Of a stretch of DNA of 64,000 bases, positions 16,700 through 32,581 are shown one piece after another. The first letter of the stretch is position 1; every line of letters begins with the position of its first letter. The stretch lies in assembly GCF_009914755.1 (NCBI RefSeq), contig NC_060946.1. One strand, given 5' to 3'. The notes beneath the pieces were generated by a model. That model searched no databases and was not told the DNA's origin. It saw only the letters and a program-made list of their open reading frames with translations. The DNA is from the human T2T-CHM13v2.0 reference genome, Homo sapiens. A program made the translations under genes and the position numbers.

Positions 16700-18250
16700 T
16701 GTGTGATTAGAGAAAAATCTTTGACCAAGAGCAGCAAGGTCTGCCTGGAACAGGAGAGACTGACAGGCGAGGTGGATGTGCCAAAACCTTGAGAAAAAGT
16801 GACCATCAACCAGCCAGGCACGGTGGCTCACACCTGTAATCCCAGCACTTTGGGAGGCCAAGGCAGGTGGATTGCTTGAGCCTGGGAGTTCCAGACCAGC
16901 CTGGGCAACATGGCAAAGCCCCATCTCTACAAAAAATGCAAAATAAAAAATAAATAAACAAATAAAATAACCGTTTCCTGACCATCTCCGGGGATTAAAA
17001 GAAAAAATTAATGGGGCATGGTGGCACGCCTATAGTCCCAGCTACTTGGGAGGCTCACCTAAGCCTGGGAGGCCGAGACTGCAGTGAGCCATGATCATGC
17101 CACTACACTCCAGCCTGGGTGACAGAGTGGGATACTGTCTCAAAAAAAAAAAAAAAAAAAAAAAGGGACTGTGCCATGCCAGAATTCACGATAGCTTAGG
17201 ATGGAAAAGCAGTCTGGCCAGATATACACACCTCATTAAGGCAGTCCAAGAAGTTCAGAGGAGAGAGGCAGATCCCAGGGAGGTCTTAGGAAAGGAAGGG
17301 TGACAGAAGAGAATGCAGAGGCCTTAACAGACATCATCCAGGTTTTCTCCAGAGAGTAAGGACAGGAAGCACACTGGAAATAAGATGAGCACCAAGCTCC
17401 GTGCTATAAGGAGTTGCACAGAAGATGCAGATCATAGGAGGTCAGAGGGGCCAGTAACCAAAGGCCAATATAAGAGGGAAGCAAGAACCCATAAGAGCAA
17501 AGAGGCCAGGGACCTCGGTGAGCTAAGATCTGGGTGGGGGAAATGCTAAGAACACATTTACTCTTTCTTGGCAGAAAACAAAACGAAACAAAAAAGGGAC
17601 AGAGGATAAACTGCTGTTGGAGCAGATGGTATGATATTACATCCTTAATAGACAGAAAGTAGAATTTCTAAATGTGGCTTCTGCCTTCTCTGGCAAGAAG
17701 GTCATTAAGAACAAATCTCATGACACTAGCATCTACTCCTTAGGAAGGAAAACGTGGTGTTCAAAGTGTATCTGGATTTCAGCTAGAAACCGACCAGGCT
17801 CTCCCTATGGCGGATGAGTGGATCTGTACTGCACCCAGGCTCTGCCTGGAGGAAGAGAGATGACCGATCCCCTTTCAGAGAAGAGAGATCAGGACACTGA
17901 AGGAACCGGAAGTTACATCGGAGGAAGGTTCAAAAGATGTGGGATGTGTGCTGGCCTGCAAGGTGATATTCACATGTTTGAGGGACTTATTTTAAGGCAC
18001 CATGAAAGAACTAAGATCAATTCAGTGAGGAATTTTAAAACTACTTAATAAGCACCTACGAGGAGTCAGGCACTCTGCTAGGGGAAGACAAAGGGCAAGA
18101 AGACACATTCAGCTCCTGCCCTCATGAGGCTTGGGAACTGACTTATGGAAGGGAGGCTGACTTGAATGCAGAAGCCTCAGAAGCTGCATTAATGAAAGGC
18201 AGAGTTTCTCACGGAGCTGACCTGGGACCAAATGGCTGCCTTGAGGAGAA
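16700..18250 (+). mobile_element. Highly decayed L3/CR1 LINE relic, interrupted by an Alu
   Basis: CTGCTGTTGGAGCAGATGGTATG..GACAGAAAGTAGAATTTCTAAAT (EKAELLN-like) and GTGTATCTGGATTTCAGC (VYLDFS RT motif). Confidence 0.45.
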
Positions 18251-19673
18251 GGAAGGGTGTAGTAGAGGCTGGACTGCCCTGGAGTGGGAAGAGGGGGGTC
18301 AGCACTGGACTGGTGCAGGGTGAGGGTGGGGTGGAACTTCCAGGTTCTTCATGACTCTGTGATACTAAATTTTGTAGATTTAGCAACACTCTAAGGAAAT
18401 AACATTCTTCATTCTTATAAGCCAATGTACTTATCCTGAAATGTAGAGGAATCAGATTACTTTTAAGTGACTGAACTATTCAGAAGTCAAAGAAGAGAGA
18501 CAGCCATCGGCTTGGGTCCCCCTGACCAGCATGAGCCTGTGAGGCAGCAGTCCATGCGTGGGCTGGCTGGCGGCTTCTCTGTCTTCCAGTCATCCACGAG
18601 AGGCTCTCTGTGCTCATGCTAAGCAGGAGCAACTCAGTAGGAGGACTGGCAACTCACTAAGAGGACCGACAGACCACCAGCCAGGACTCCAGCTGACCTT
18701 TGGAAGGATGGGGTGAGTGGGACGACTAACGGCCACTAGTCCCTGCTCAGAAACACACAGACTTTCCTTCCTCATCTCCAAACCTTTATTGGCTTTCTAA
18801 TGTTTTGATTGTATAGCTCTCAATGCTTTTTTACTTTTATTTTTCCCCTCCCACTCTGTCTTTACCCAATCTTGAAAACATTCCTTAAAATCCCTTGATA
18901 AGAGCACCCTAATATCACATTTGCTCTGATTTAGAGCTATAGACAGTTGTCTATTCTAATTAAGGCCATGCTGGCTTTATAAGGCTGAGCAAATTGTTCT
19001 AGTTTCATTATCTTGTACTCAATATATAATTATACTGTTTATATCCTAGAAATAATGGAACTCAATAATAAAAAAAAACAAGGACAGGTTTTATCTTATT
19101 TTTAACAGAAACAGAACTCTTTCATAATTCATAATGTTCAAGTTCTAATGGGCTAATGAATAATTTGAAAGCAATAAGAGCTCTTCATCGAACTAATATA
19201 TTTGCTTTCAGAGTCCATGTTTATTTTACCTCAGTTGCCAAAGTACCTAATAGTATCCTCATTCTACTAGTGGTGGTCACCATGCCAAGGAGGACTAGAG
19301 AAGGCATTTATGTTCCTATTAGACAATCTGCAGGTCGTGATAAACAATACACCAAGGTCTCTCTGGAAAGAGTCCAGGAGGTGTGGTCTATATAAATATG
19401 CCATCTGCTCCCAGGTTTCAAACCATAAGTAACAGTTTCATAGCAACAGTGGCTTCTGGGTCTAACTCTTTTGATTAAGCCTTTGAAGAAGGGGAAGTCT
19501 GAAAGATCCCTGAAGCCTTTACAAGGCAGAAAGGCCCCACAGGGGCCTGTCAGTGACCTGGAGCCAGTGAGGGTCTCTGAAGTTCCCATTAGGCAACCTC
19601 ACTTAGAGCTTTCTTACCAACCCGGCTACCAAGCAACAGTACTGATTTAACTGAAACTTTCTCTTTTTTTTGA

Positions 19674-19997
<324 letters not shown>

Positions 19998-20868
19998 TAA
20001 TAAGCAGTGAAATAATCAAAGATGTTGTGAGAAGCCACACAGGCTAATACAGACCCGTACTGCCAAGAGTTTCCTCTGACCCAGACTTAGTCCACCATTT
20101 AATATTCACATCTGAAATGATCTGACACGTATGTAGTTTCCAAATCAAATTACACATTTAATTTTACTCTGTGTAAAATCTATTTACATACCTTTAAAAG
20201 GCATGATTTGGGTATCACTTCTGAGTAAAGTGAAACTTGGTGCATTATACAGGCTGCAAAGGATAGGCAAAAATATAAAACCACCCAAGTCTCTGAAAAT
20301 ACCACCATGGAACACCACTAAACTACTACTTTTTTTTTTTTTTTTGGTAAAATCCCTGGACTTGAAATAATTTAGAGCTATACTTAGAGACATTTTTAAG
20401 GATAGTATTCTTTATACAATTCCTTGTCTATAAACATTGATAGGAAAATATACAATTTCACAATTAGATCCTAGGTAATATATTTATATCTGTTCTATAT
20501 ATGAAGTGCATGTGTGTGGGTGTGTATATATACACACACACATATATATCTTTTATACATATGAAAACGCTTCAAACCTATAAATTGCCAGACAACTCTA
20601 ATGCCCTCAGAGACATAAGTGATGGAGCCTTCCAGTAAGCACCGCCCATTTCCGACAGGAACACCTTCAGTTTTCATGAACTGCTAACCCAAAGGTGGTC
20701 CTCAATGTGGTTAGTTTAACTACCTAACAATAGTAATCAAACATTTAGGCTGGGCGTGGAGGCTCATGCCTGTAATCTCAGCACTTTGGGAGGCTGAGGC
20801 CAGCAGATCACTTGAAGTCAGGGGTTTGAGACCAGCCTGGCCAACATGGCGAAACTCCATCTCTATTA

Positions 20869-20988
<120 letters not shown>

Positions 20989-21104
20989 CTACTGTACTCC
21001 AGCCTGGGTGACAGAGTGAGACTCTATCTCATAAACAAACAAACAAACAAAAAACATTTAGACTGAATCACATCTCTTAAACTGAGTTTCTATATTATCA
21101 TATA

Positions 21105-21335
21105 GCAGCTAAACATAGTAAGAGCCAAGCACCATTCTAAACGTGCTATAGCATTCGCAGTATCTCATTCGATCCTCACACAACCCTATTGGGTAGGTAT
21201 TACTAGGGTCCCTAATTTACAGATGAGGAAGCTATAGCACAAAGAAGTTAAATAACTTGGCCTAGGTGACAAGTAAGTGAAAGCCAGGATTCAAATCCAT
21301 GCCATCTGGCCCCTGGGCCCATATTCTTACCCCTC
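21105..21335 (-). mobile_element. MIR SINE (representative; others near 2890-3070, 4290-4420, 11500-11690, 41650-41880, 56760-56874 plus 58873-59020, 59905-60130)
   Basis: Core TTTACAGATGAGGAAGCTA..GAAGTTAAATAACTTGGCCTAGGT..GCCAGGATTCAAATCC. Confidence 0.7.
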
Positions 21336-22058
21336 TGTTCCTGAGCTGTGCCCTCTCCAGTGAAATCACAGGTTCATTTTGTGCCTTTTTAGCAGACCTC
21401 TCACTGGGCCGAGCAGGTCCTTACGAAGTGAACTGACTCAAGTTTAAACTTGTTCTCTTTGCTCTGGCAGGCCACTTGACCGTGCACTGCTCTCCACAGT
21501 CAGCTTCACACTAGAGTTATGCATTTTGTCTCAATAAGATAGTGAGTGCTGAAGGAGAGAAACCTAGGCTTTACTCTGGGGTCCCCTCAAAGTACAATCA
21601 TCTTCCTCATTAATAAATACACACACCCATAGAGTTTATTTAATGCACTATTGTACCAACTGGAGTTTTCTGAAGCTGGCATTCTGAAGCACAGAAATCT
21701 GCTGAAGCCCTGAGAAAGAGCTGTGAAATATTCCCACTGCTGGACTAAACAACACATACCTTCAGGATTTTGCAGTTTTCTCCAATTTCATAATTTAAAT
21801 AAGCACATCTCTCCTACCTCTAATTTTAACTCACAGTTGCTGATTTTATTGCCAAACATTTTAATATTAGCCAACGTTGTTCTTTTACAAACGTTTCTCT
21901 AATTTTTACTCCAAAGAACAGCTCTGGCTCCAGCCAGAGCTTTTAAAAACAGTGAAGTAAATTGATTTGTAATTTCTCCTAATGCAAATAAACTAATAAA
22001 TCCATACTAGTCACTGCTTTTCAAAATGACACTTCAACGATGATTTGTAATACAGTAC

Positions 22059-22181
22059 CTTGAGCTGGAAGTAAAATATGAATCGTCACTGTCATCATTA
22101 TACTTTTTTCTTGGTTTTGCCATAATGGGTGATTCCTGCTCTATGGTCTGCATATCTGAAGTCACTGAATGTGAAATAACA
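22059..22181 (-). CDS. ARFGAP3: ARFGAP3 exon 11 ([41 protein letters not shown])
   Basis: ttttctcaag|T ... AG|gtactg; 123 nt. Confidence 0.95.
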
Positions 22182-22645
22182 CTTGAGAAAACAGAAAAAT
22201 ATATATATCAGTAAGTTCACAAACTTTTGTTTCACCAAAATAAACAAAGCTTTAATTTATGTTTTGAACAAAGACAAATGTATTCGAGGGGTTAAAAACA
22301 TAAGCAATAAAACAATTTTTTTTTCTGGTGCAAGCTTTCAAAAATGTTAAAATTTTGTGAGGACTGTGTCTACACCAAATGCAGTCACAAATATTGGTTA
22401 TGTCCATGGTTTCCTCTCTGGTAGGTGCTTCATGTAAAGAGCCAGACCTTTTTCCTTCTTTTAAAGAGCCAAATTTGAAATTTTTCATGTTATACTGAAT
22501 ACCAGAGCAAAGCAAAAATAATTAGAGAAGTTAATGAATAACAAAAAAAAATCTCTAAAGTTGAAACTAACACAGTCCAAGAAAAATCCACTGATGATTG
22601 ACACACTGTTTTAAATTCTAACTCCAAGAAAGCAGTCTCACATAC

Positions 22646-22774
22646 CTTCTGCAATTTCCAAATCCCATGCCGAGTCTGTCTGAGTCAACATTTTTTTTGC
22701 CACTAATGTTCATCTTTTCGTCTTTCTTCATTTGAATTTCAAGATCCTTATAGGCTAATCGTAATGATGAAACA
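22646..22774 (-). CDS. ARFGAP3: ARFGAP3 exon 10 ([43 protein letters not shown])
   Basis: ttctggcag|T ... AG|gtatgt; 129 nt; RLGMGFG motif of the Glo3/ArfGAP2/3 family. Confidence 0.96.
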
Positions 22775-23678
22775 CTGCCAGAAAAACCAAAAACTCCTTA
22801 ATTTAGCTTTAATCCTTTGTTCTTATATTAAAATAGCAAGCAAAATTAAACATGTAATTTATACTTTTAGCTTCATGATTCTTTCCATAATTAACAATTA
22901 TGAAGGCAAGTTGGTGTTTTTTCTACCTGCCTTTTTTGAACAGACGTTTAAGAAAATTTGAATGAGCTTACAGCCACTTTCTCATTGCTGCTCAACCTAT
23001 ACCACTGTTCAAGTTTAGTTCATGTTACCTATTATTGTATAATAACATAATGTATACCCAAATCACTTCCATATGGGATAGTGAAAAGCAAGATTTCTTA
23101 CTTGGATTAATATTTTATTACACTTCCACATTACATAACAAAGCATGAGGTTAGTCTCACTAGTCTATCTTGATTTAAGATAAATAAATAAATATATAAA
23201 TTTGACTTTACAAATAGATCAACTAAGGGGCTATTACTTAATTGTAAAAGGATCCTTCCATTTACAAAATAATTTCTTGTAGATACATCTCTATGCAATC
23301 AGGCTTCTGAGAGCATTTAAAATGGGATAGTGACTCATCAGCTAATAGACTCTTTAGCACTACTAGTCAGTCAAATACCACTCTTCTATTTAAAATCAAA
23401 TATCTGCTACAAGCAGGACACCAAAGGGGTAAAAAGGTGTACAAAACATTGTCCTTGCTCTCAGATTTCTAAAAATGCAATAATGACTTAATTTTTCATA
23501 AAGAAAACTATGCCTATATAGCAAGAATAGCAGTTTGCATCATATTTTAGTGAGACAGCACAACATTTCAGGGCCCTGAAAAATGATCTATCTAACTTAC
23601 AAGGATTTCTAAGTTATCATCCACTTTATAAAAACATGTAAAATACCATGAATTCCTGGCAAAAGAGGCATTGTATAA

Positions 23679-24080
<402 letters not shown>

Positions 24081-26129
24081 TAATGAGTCAAGCAAGATTT
24101 CTTTGGTTTTCACATGGCAGTTTGTTTTCCTTACTCTTCCTACAGAACAGGTTATGGCTATTTTATTCCTTAACAAATAAATACTACTTTTTCTTTTGGA
24201 GGAAAACAATAGCTCTGTTTAAAATCATGAATACATATAATTACAGCAACAGATTCTTCTGGAGAAGATGCATGGGGATGAAAAGGTTCTATTAGAAAGA
24301 TAAGAGATGGAAAAGTTTTCCTTCCTAGGTAATCTGACATGGACTGGGTCACTCACTAAAAGCATGCACTTTGATGCTTACGAGAACATCTCTCTGGAAG
24401 CACCAACAGTTAAGAAGTCAGAACACCGCGTTTCTCAGAACTTCAGGAGTGCTTACGGGTACTGGCTCAAGGGAGGACTGCAGGACACAGATCAAACAAG
24501 CGGAGCAGCTCAAGGCAGCTCTGCCTCTTCCTTCCTTCCTACCAAGTGGGCACACAGAGAGCCTCTGAGGACGGGCTGGGAAACTGCTAGAAGGAGACCA
24601 GGATGCTGCATGGGCTGTTTAGTTTCACACTCTGACAGTACAAGAACAACACTGTTCTGACAGTTTACTGAGCCGAAATAACTTTATTTACAGCCATTAA
24701 ACAAACTAACTTGCAACATAACACTCATGTATTAAGGATAAAACACCTGTACTTTCTACGGGTTTGAGTGGCAGTGGTGGTCATTAAGGCACAGTGGTGT
24801 GGTTGTTCTGAACAAGGCCATGAAAGTTGCCAAACTGGCTTCTCAAATCAAATTCATAAATCTTCCGATCTGCATCTTTGTTTTTGTGATGTATTAAACA
24901 CTCCTAATGAAAGATACAAGTGAAGTCTGGTTGTTGCTTCCTGTTTTCAGGAAGATTAGCATGTTAATATTAGAAGTAACAACCAGACTTCACTCCATCC
25001 AGCTTACCTGCAGCTTCTCCATCCAGCTTACTTGCAGGAAGGAAGCTGATCAGGGCCCGATTTTACACACGCTCTGGGAAAACCTCAAGCATGAGTAATC
25101 TGGACAGAGCCTACTCCCAAATACCAAGAGAAGCCATCGAAACACTCAAATCTAACCTTTCCCTTTGCCAGGGTCAAAAACTTAGCTTAGTAAGAGAAAT
25201 TAAAGTCTGTGACAAGTCAACGTAAATTTTTGTACACAAAGCATTTCAAACCATATTCGACCTAAATACAGTTCAGTGCTGCCCCCTATGTTCTGTGAAT
25301 TAAATGACAAGGAGAAACAACTATCAACTTCAAATTATTTGGGTTTACCTTATAAACTCCATCTTAGCGAACCGTCAGTATGAACAGTAAGACAGTACGA
25401 AAAGTAGTTGCATTTACTGAGCACCTACTATGTGCCAGGTACTGTTTGATGCACTTCAATGAGCATTTAAGCTATTAAACTAATCCTTAAAACCACCTCA
25501 TAAAATAGGTGTTATTTTCTTCATCATACAGTCTATAGTAACTCAAGCTAAAACAGATAAAATACACATGAAAGTAAGAGAAAACACCATTAAAAAACAC
25601 ACACATAAAAAATAGGGATCCAGGTTACTTTTCCTTTCTGTGTAGCATGCACCCTCCGCCCTTCTCTCCTGATCTTTGGTACAGTCACGGTTTCCAGAAG
25701 GCCATCTTTCTCTTCTGATTTCAACACAAATGAAAACCTCTCAAGAGCCTTACAAAAGTCTACGGAAAACCGATCTCTTCACTGGCCTCCTGGCTTCCAG
25801 TCTCCTCCCCTCTTCCTGGCCTGGGTATCACTACCGAACTCATTCTCCCGAGACGCCCCTTCATGACAGCACTGCTGAAGGAGCTGTTTCTCTTGGGTAA
25901 GTGGACAACCACAGCCTGACTTTAAGGTGCTCCACATTATCGTTCCAACTCCTCCACTTCAGGCAGGCCCCCGACACACACGATCATTCCACCTTCTTCA
26001 TTCTCTGAAACTCTTCCTTCTCCCTCTCCAAGATCCAGGCTCAGAACCTCTGGAGACACGACCAGAGCCATAGTCTTCCATCATGTATTTAGAATTTAGT
26101 CACAGAGTCCAACAGGGCTTCAGATTATA

Positions 26130-26920
26130 AATACTTTTTTCATTATGCAGATATAATTCACATACCGTAAAACTCACCCTGTTAAAGTGCATGATTCAGT
26201 GGTTTCAGCACATTCACAAAGCTGTGCCATCATCACCACTAACTCCAGAACACTTTCAGCAGTCCAAAAAGCAGGCCTGGACCATTAGCAGCCACTCTCC
26301 ATTCTCTCCTCACCCCAGGCCCTGGCAACCAGTAAGTTGCTTTCTGTCTCTACGGATTTGCCTATTCTGGACATTGCATATAGACAGAATCATATCATGT
26401 GATCTTTTATGACTGGCTTCTTTCTTAGCATAAACTTTTCAAGGTTTATCCATGTTGTGGCCAATATCAGGACTACATTCCTTTTTGTGGCTGAGTAATA
26501 GTCCATTGTATGGACATACCACATTTTCTTTCTCATTTATCAGTTGGTAGACATTTAGCTTATTTCTACTTTTTGGCTATTAGGATTAACGCCACTATGA
26601 ACATTCATGCACGAGTTTGTGTGTGGTTGCACAGATGTAAGTTTTAATTTCTCTTGAGTATATACTTAGGAGTAGATTTGCTGGGTCACATGGAAACTTT
26701 ACATTTAACTTTCTGAAGGACTGCCAAACTGTTTTTCACAACAGTGGCACCATTTCACATTGCCATCAGCAATGTACAAGGGTTCAAATTTCTCCACATC
26801 CTAGCCAACACCTGTTACTGATTTTTTTATTATAGCTTCCCTAGAGAGTACACAGTGGTATCTTATTGTGGCCTTGATTTGCATTTCCCCAACTCTAATA
26901 ATGTGAAGCATGTTTCATGT
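26130..26920 (-). mobile_element. L1 (L1MB-like) 3' end fragment
   Basis: ATAATTCACATACC..AAAGTG..ATTCAGTGG; TCAAGGTTTATCCATGTTGT; GCTGGGTCACATGG; CTGCCAAACTGTTTT; TTTGCATTTCCC. Confidence 0.8.
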
Positions 26921-27186
26921 GTAAACACCTCCATGCATCTCTGTCTTTCCCTTCTCACTGATGTCACTCCAGTCTTGCCCTTACAGCCTCAGCAGAGTGT
27001 TGCTGCCCCCATCGTCTCTTTCCCTTCCAATCCACATGCCAATGCAATATCAGTTTTCATAAAACTGAATTTTGCAGTACCCTCCCTTCCCCCCCCACAC
27101 AAAAATACATGGCATTTGGAAAGCAAAATCTTGAGTTAATAGTTTTATTCCCTGAAAATGTATTAATATAATGAAATTAAACTTAC

Positions 27187-27326
27187 ATTGATTCTTCTTT
27201 AGATACCACCTTGGCCAGGTCTTCCTGCTCCTTCATTTTATCCGCAGCTTGAGCTTGTTTTTCAATTTCATTAAAGCATGTGTTTGCCAGTTTCTGAGCT
27301 CCCAAACTTCCTTTTTTGGCCCCAAG
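27187..27326 (-). CDS. ARFGAP3: ARFGAP3 exon 9 ([47 protein letters not shown])
   Basis: gttctag|CTT ... AT|gtaagt; 140 nt. Confidence 0.96.
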
Positions 27327-27486
27327 CTAGAACATATATAAGACTATAGTCTACACGAGCTGTTTGAAAGCTTCTGTGACTACAGCTAACATTTCCTAAG
27401 GGTTAGGACCTGCCAGGCACTGTGACAAGCACTCTACATTTGTTCTGTGGCTTAGTCCTCAGAACTCTGTGAAGTTAGTATTATTC

Positions 27487-28110
<624 letters not shown>

Positions 28111-28572
28111 AGGAAAGTAAAGCTCATATAAGTTAAGGAATGTGGCCAAGGTCACACAGCCAATACATGGCAAGGCCAGGATTCAAACCCTGCACCTGCC
28201 TCCAGAGCTGGTGCTCCGCAATGCTTCGCTGTATCTGAAAACTCACCAGACAACCACCCTCTAAGCCTCACAAGATGTCATTGCTTATTGATCTACACAA
28301 GCAGGAGACAAATTCCCAGGGGACCTTTGTTAATTTTTTTCAGAATTTTGTCATAGACAGAAAAAATGTTAAATAATCATTCTAGAAAAAATTCAATAAG
28401 TATAACATTAATCTCTTTGACATTAATCTCTTTGAACAAAACATAGACTCCTTATATCAAAGCTACATTTATTACAAGATGGTTCAAAAGAATAAAACTA
28501 AAATGACGAAGCGGCTTTTTAGTTTTAAAGCTTAACTACCAGATTTTTATATATAAAGTACATAATACTCAC

Positions 28573-28619
28573 GCCTTTTTTAGCTTGATTTGGTTTCTTT
28601 TTTATGATAGAGGATACCT
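28573..28619 (-). CDS. ARFGAP3: ARFGAP3 exon 8 (VSSIIKKKPNQAKKG)
   Basis: ttttggcag|AG ... GGC|gtgagt; 47 nt; start of the basic coatomer-binding region. Confidence 0.95.
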
Positions 28620-29607
28620 CTGCCAAAAAATAAAAATTAAAAAGTAAGACCAATAGAAATAATTTTTCTTTTTTAGTGTGTCTTTTAAAATTCTAAGATA
28701 CTGCACTTTATTATTTAAGAGATGATAACATTTTCCACTTTAGTTTCTCATCCAGAAGACTCAAGTTGATAAGCATATTTTGGATTAACAGAACTTTGTC
28801 AAAATGGTGTCCTCAGTATTTCCACGCAGTCTCCAAACTCAGAGAAAATGTATTTTTTTTTTTAACAGCACACTGAAGAGAAATAGAGCCTGAGCTTGCC
28901 CCTCTCAGTACTTTCTTCAGGAGCATTTAAAAAATATATTACAACAACTTTTTTTTTTTTTTTGAGACAGGGTCTCGCTCTGTCACCTTAGCTGAGTGCA
29001 GTGGCATTACCTCCCAGATCAAGGGAGCCTTCCACTTCAGCCTCCTGAGTAGTTGGGATCACAGGTGCGCACCACCACATCTGGCTATTTTTTTTTTTTT
29101 TTTTTTTTTTTTTAGAGATGGGTGTCTTGCTATGTTGCCCAGACTGGTCTTGGACTCCTGGGCTCAAGTGATGCTCCTGCCTCAGCCTCTCAAAGTGCTG
29201 AAATTATGAGTATGAGCCACCATGCCACAACTCTTTTATCAAGTGCTACTCTTCAAAAACTTTAAAACACTTAAAAATCTAACAATTTTTTAGAGATGGT
29301 CTCACTCCATTACCTAGGCTGGAGTGTAGTAGTGTGATCAGAGCTCACTGCAGCATTGAACTCCTGTATTCAAGTGATCCTCTCGTCTCAGCCTCCCTAG
29401 TAGCTGGGACTACAGGCATATGCCACCATGCCTGGTTTTCTTTCTTTTTTTTTTTTTTGTAGACATCAGGGGAGCTCACTATGTTGCCCAGTCTGGTCTT
29501 GAACTCCTGGCCTCAAGTGATCCTCCTGCCTTGGCTTTCTAAAGTGCTGGGATTACAGGTATGAACTATCATGCCCAGCCCAAAAACTTTAAAAATCATT
29601 ATAATTT

Positions 29608-29952
29608 TCCATTTTTATTTTAGATTCAGGGAGTACACGTGCAGTTTTGTTACAAGGGTATATTGCGTGGTGCTGAGGTTTGGGCTTCTCTTGATCCCAT
29701 CACCCAGACAGTGAGCACAGTATCCAACAGGAAGTGTTTCAGCTCTTGTTCCCCTCTCTCCCTCCCTCCTTTTGGAGTCCTCAGTGTCTACTCTTCCCAT
29801 CTTTATGTTCGTATGAACCCAAGATTTAGCCCCCACTTATAAGTGAAAACATGTGATATTTGGTTTTGTTTCTGCATTAGTTTGTTTACGATAATGGCCT
29901 CCAGCCATGTTGCTGCAAAGGACATGACTGTTCTTTTTTACGGCTGCATAAA
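29608..29952 (-). mobile_element. L1 (L1PB-like) 3' end fragment
   Basis: TTTAGATTCAGGGAGTACACGTGCAGTTTTGTTACAAGGGTATATTGCGTG; CCCACTTATAAGTGAAAACATG. Confidence 0.8.
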
Positions 29953-31245
29953 ACTTATTTGAAAATATAAAGTTCGCAGCCTGGACAACATAGGGAGACT
30001 CCATCTCCACAAACAAACAAACAAAAAACATTAGTCCAGTGTGATGGCGTGCGCCTGTGGTCCCAGCTACTTGGGAGGCTGAGGTAGGAGAATCTCTTGG
30101 GCCAGGCTGCAGTGAACTGTGATTGCACCCACTGCACTCCAGCATGGGCAATAAAGCGAGACTCTAGCTCAAAAAAGTAATAACAATAATAAAAATAAAG
30201 TTAGCTAGGCATTATGTATACAACTAAAGCAGCCAGTGACGTGCTTTTTCACCTTGGCTTATATATAGATTTTATCATATTAGCCAAAATAAATATAAAG
30301 CATCCTCGGCCAGGCATGGTGGCTCATGCCTGTAATCCCAGCACTTTGGGAGGCCAAGGCGGGCAGATCACCTGAGGTCAGGAGTTTGAGAACAGCCTGG
30401 ACAATATGGTGAAACCCCGTCTCCACTAAAAATACAAAAAGTTTGCTGGGCATGGTGGCACACACCTGTAATCCCAGCTACTTGGGAGGCTGAGGCACGA
30501 GAATCGCTTGAACCCAGGAGGCACCGGGAGGCAGAGGTTGCAGTGAGCTGAGATCGTGCCAGTGTACTCCAGCCTGGGTGACAGAGTGAGACTCTGTCTC
30601 CAAAAAAAAAAAAAAAAGAAACATAAAGCATTCTCTTATTTTAATAACAATACTTTCTAAATTGCACAAAAATACTTTTAGAGAAAGTTTCTTAAAAATC
30701 ATTTTCTGAGTACATTTTACTTATAGGTTATATATTGTCTTTAGAATTATGTCTAAGAAACCCAGCAAAATTAAAGTCTTAATTTTTTCATATAAAGATA
30801 AGAATGTGCTTTGATAGGAAAAGATAGCATAAAGCCAGAAACAGCAAAAGATAACAATCTTTAGCCGTGAGTAGAGAATAACGTCATTACATTTCAAGTG
30901 TGAAAAAGATGCTTGTGGGAGTTTTCCTTTTCATTACTTTCTTTCAGATTTGTATTGTAGTAGTCACATAACCTGCTCCCAAACTCTGACGAGTCTAAAA
31001 CATGATGAAAATGTCAGGAGCATTTCTAACAGTTTAGTTATTTTTCACCAAAGCAGCTGCTTTCCAACTAATGCAATGGAATATATAACAATTACAAATT
31101 ATAATTCCTTGATAATGAAAAATTTAAGATTAAGTTCACCTATAATAAAATCAGAAAGAGAAGAAAATGAGTTCTTGAGTAAAAAGGAATGGTGTAGATG
31201 TTCTGACCACTGCTTATTTCCGTAAGGTGAGCCAGCCCAACATAA

Positions 31246-31497
<252 letters not shown>

Positions 31498-31855
31498 TAG
31501 AGCTAAGGTTTCGCTGTGTTGCCCAAGCTGGTCTCGAACTCCTGGGCTCAAGCGATCTGACCACCTCGGCTTCATAAAGCGTTAGGATTACAGGTGTGAG
31601 CCACTGCCCCCAGCCACAATGCTGCATTTTATATTATCAAGCTGGTTAAAATGTAGCATCTTTGTTGGAAGCTTGAGAGATGAATAAAAAACATATATAT
31701 ATAGTATCTTTTGTTTAATAAAATCTTATTAACAGATTCGGTCATGATTATATTACTCCGTCAGGTGAGATGCCCAGGCCAAATGCAAGAGGATTTATTT
31801 TTTTCTTAATGAGTCATACACTTTAAATCAGAATGTAGGATTTTAAGCATATTAC

Positions 31856-31915
31856 CTAAAGTAGCCTTTGTTGGTACATTAAGACCTTCCACACTTGGTC
31901 CTTGCTCTTGTCCAC
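31856..31915 (-). CDS. ARFGAP3: ARFGAP3 exon 7 ([20 protein letters not shown])
   Basis: ttttcag|GT ... TTAG|gtaat; 60 nt. Confidence 0.95.
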   Translation of the reverse strand: MDKSKDQVWKVLMYQQRLL

Positions 31916-32193
31916 CTGAAAATTCAAAACATTGATATTAGCGCAGAAAATATACTCAGCTAACTTGCTTTTGAATATATAATAATTCAACTTGCTCAGT
32001 GCTACATCTTATCCAATTTTGTCAATGATCACCTACCTTTTTAGCTGTATATTCTATTTTAACGTTATAAGAATTTTGACTTAAAAGTCCATTAAAGTAG
32101 AAGTTTATTTTTAATCCAATGGCTTTATCAAATAAAAATGTTAGTGGTCTCTTCAACTAATACGATTCAAAATTCTACCTTATGATCTGGTGA

Positions 32194-32581
<388 letters not shown>

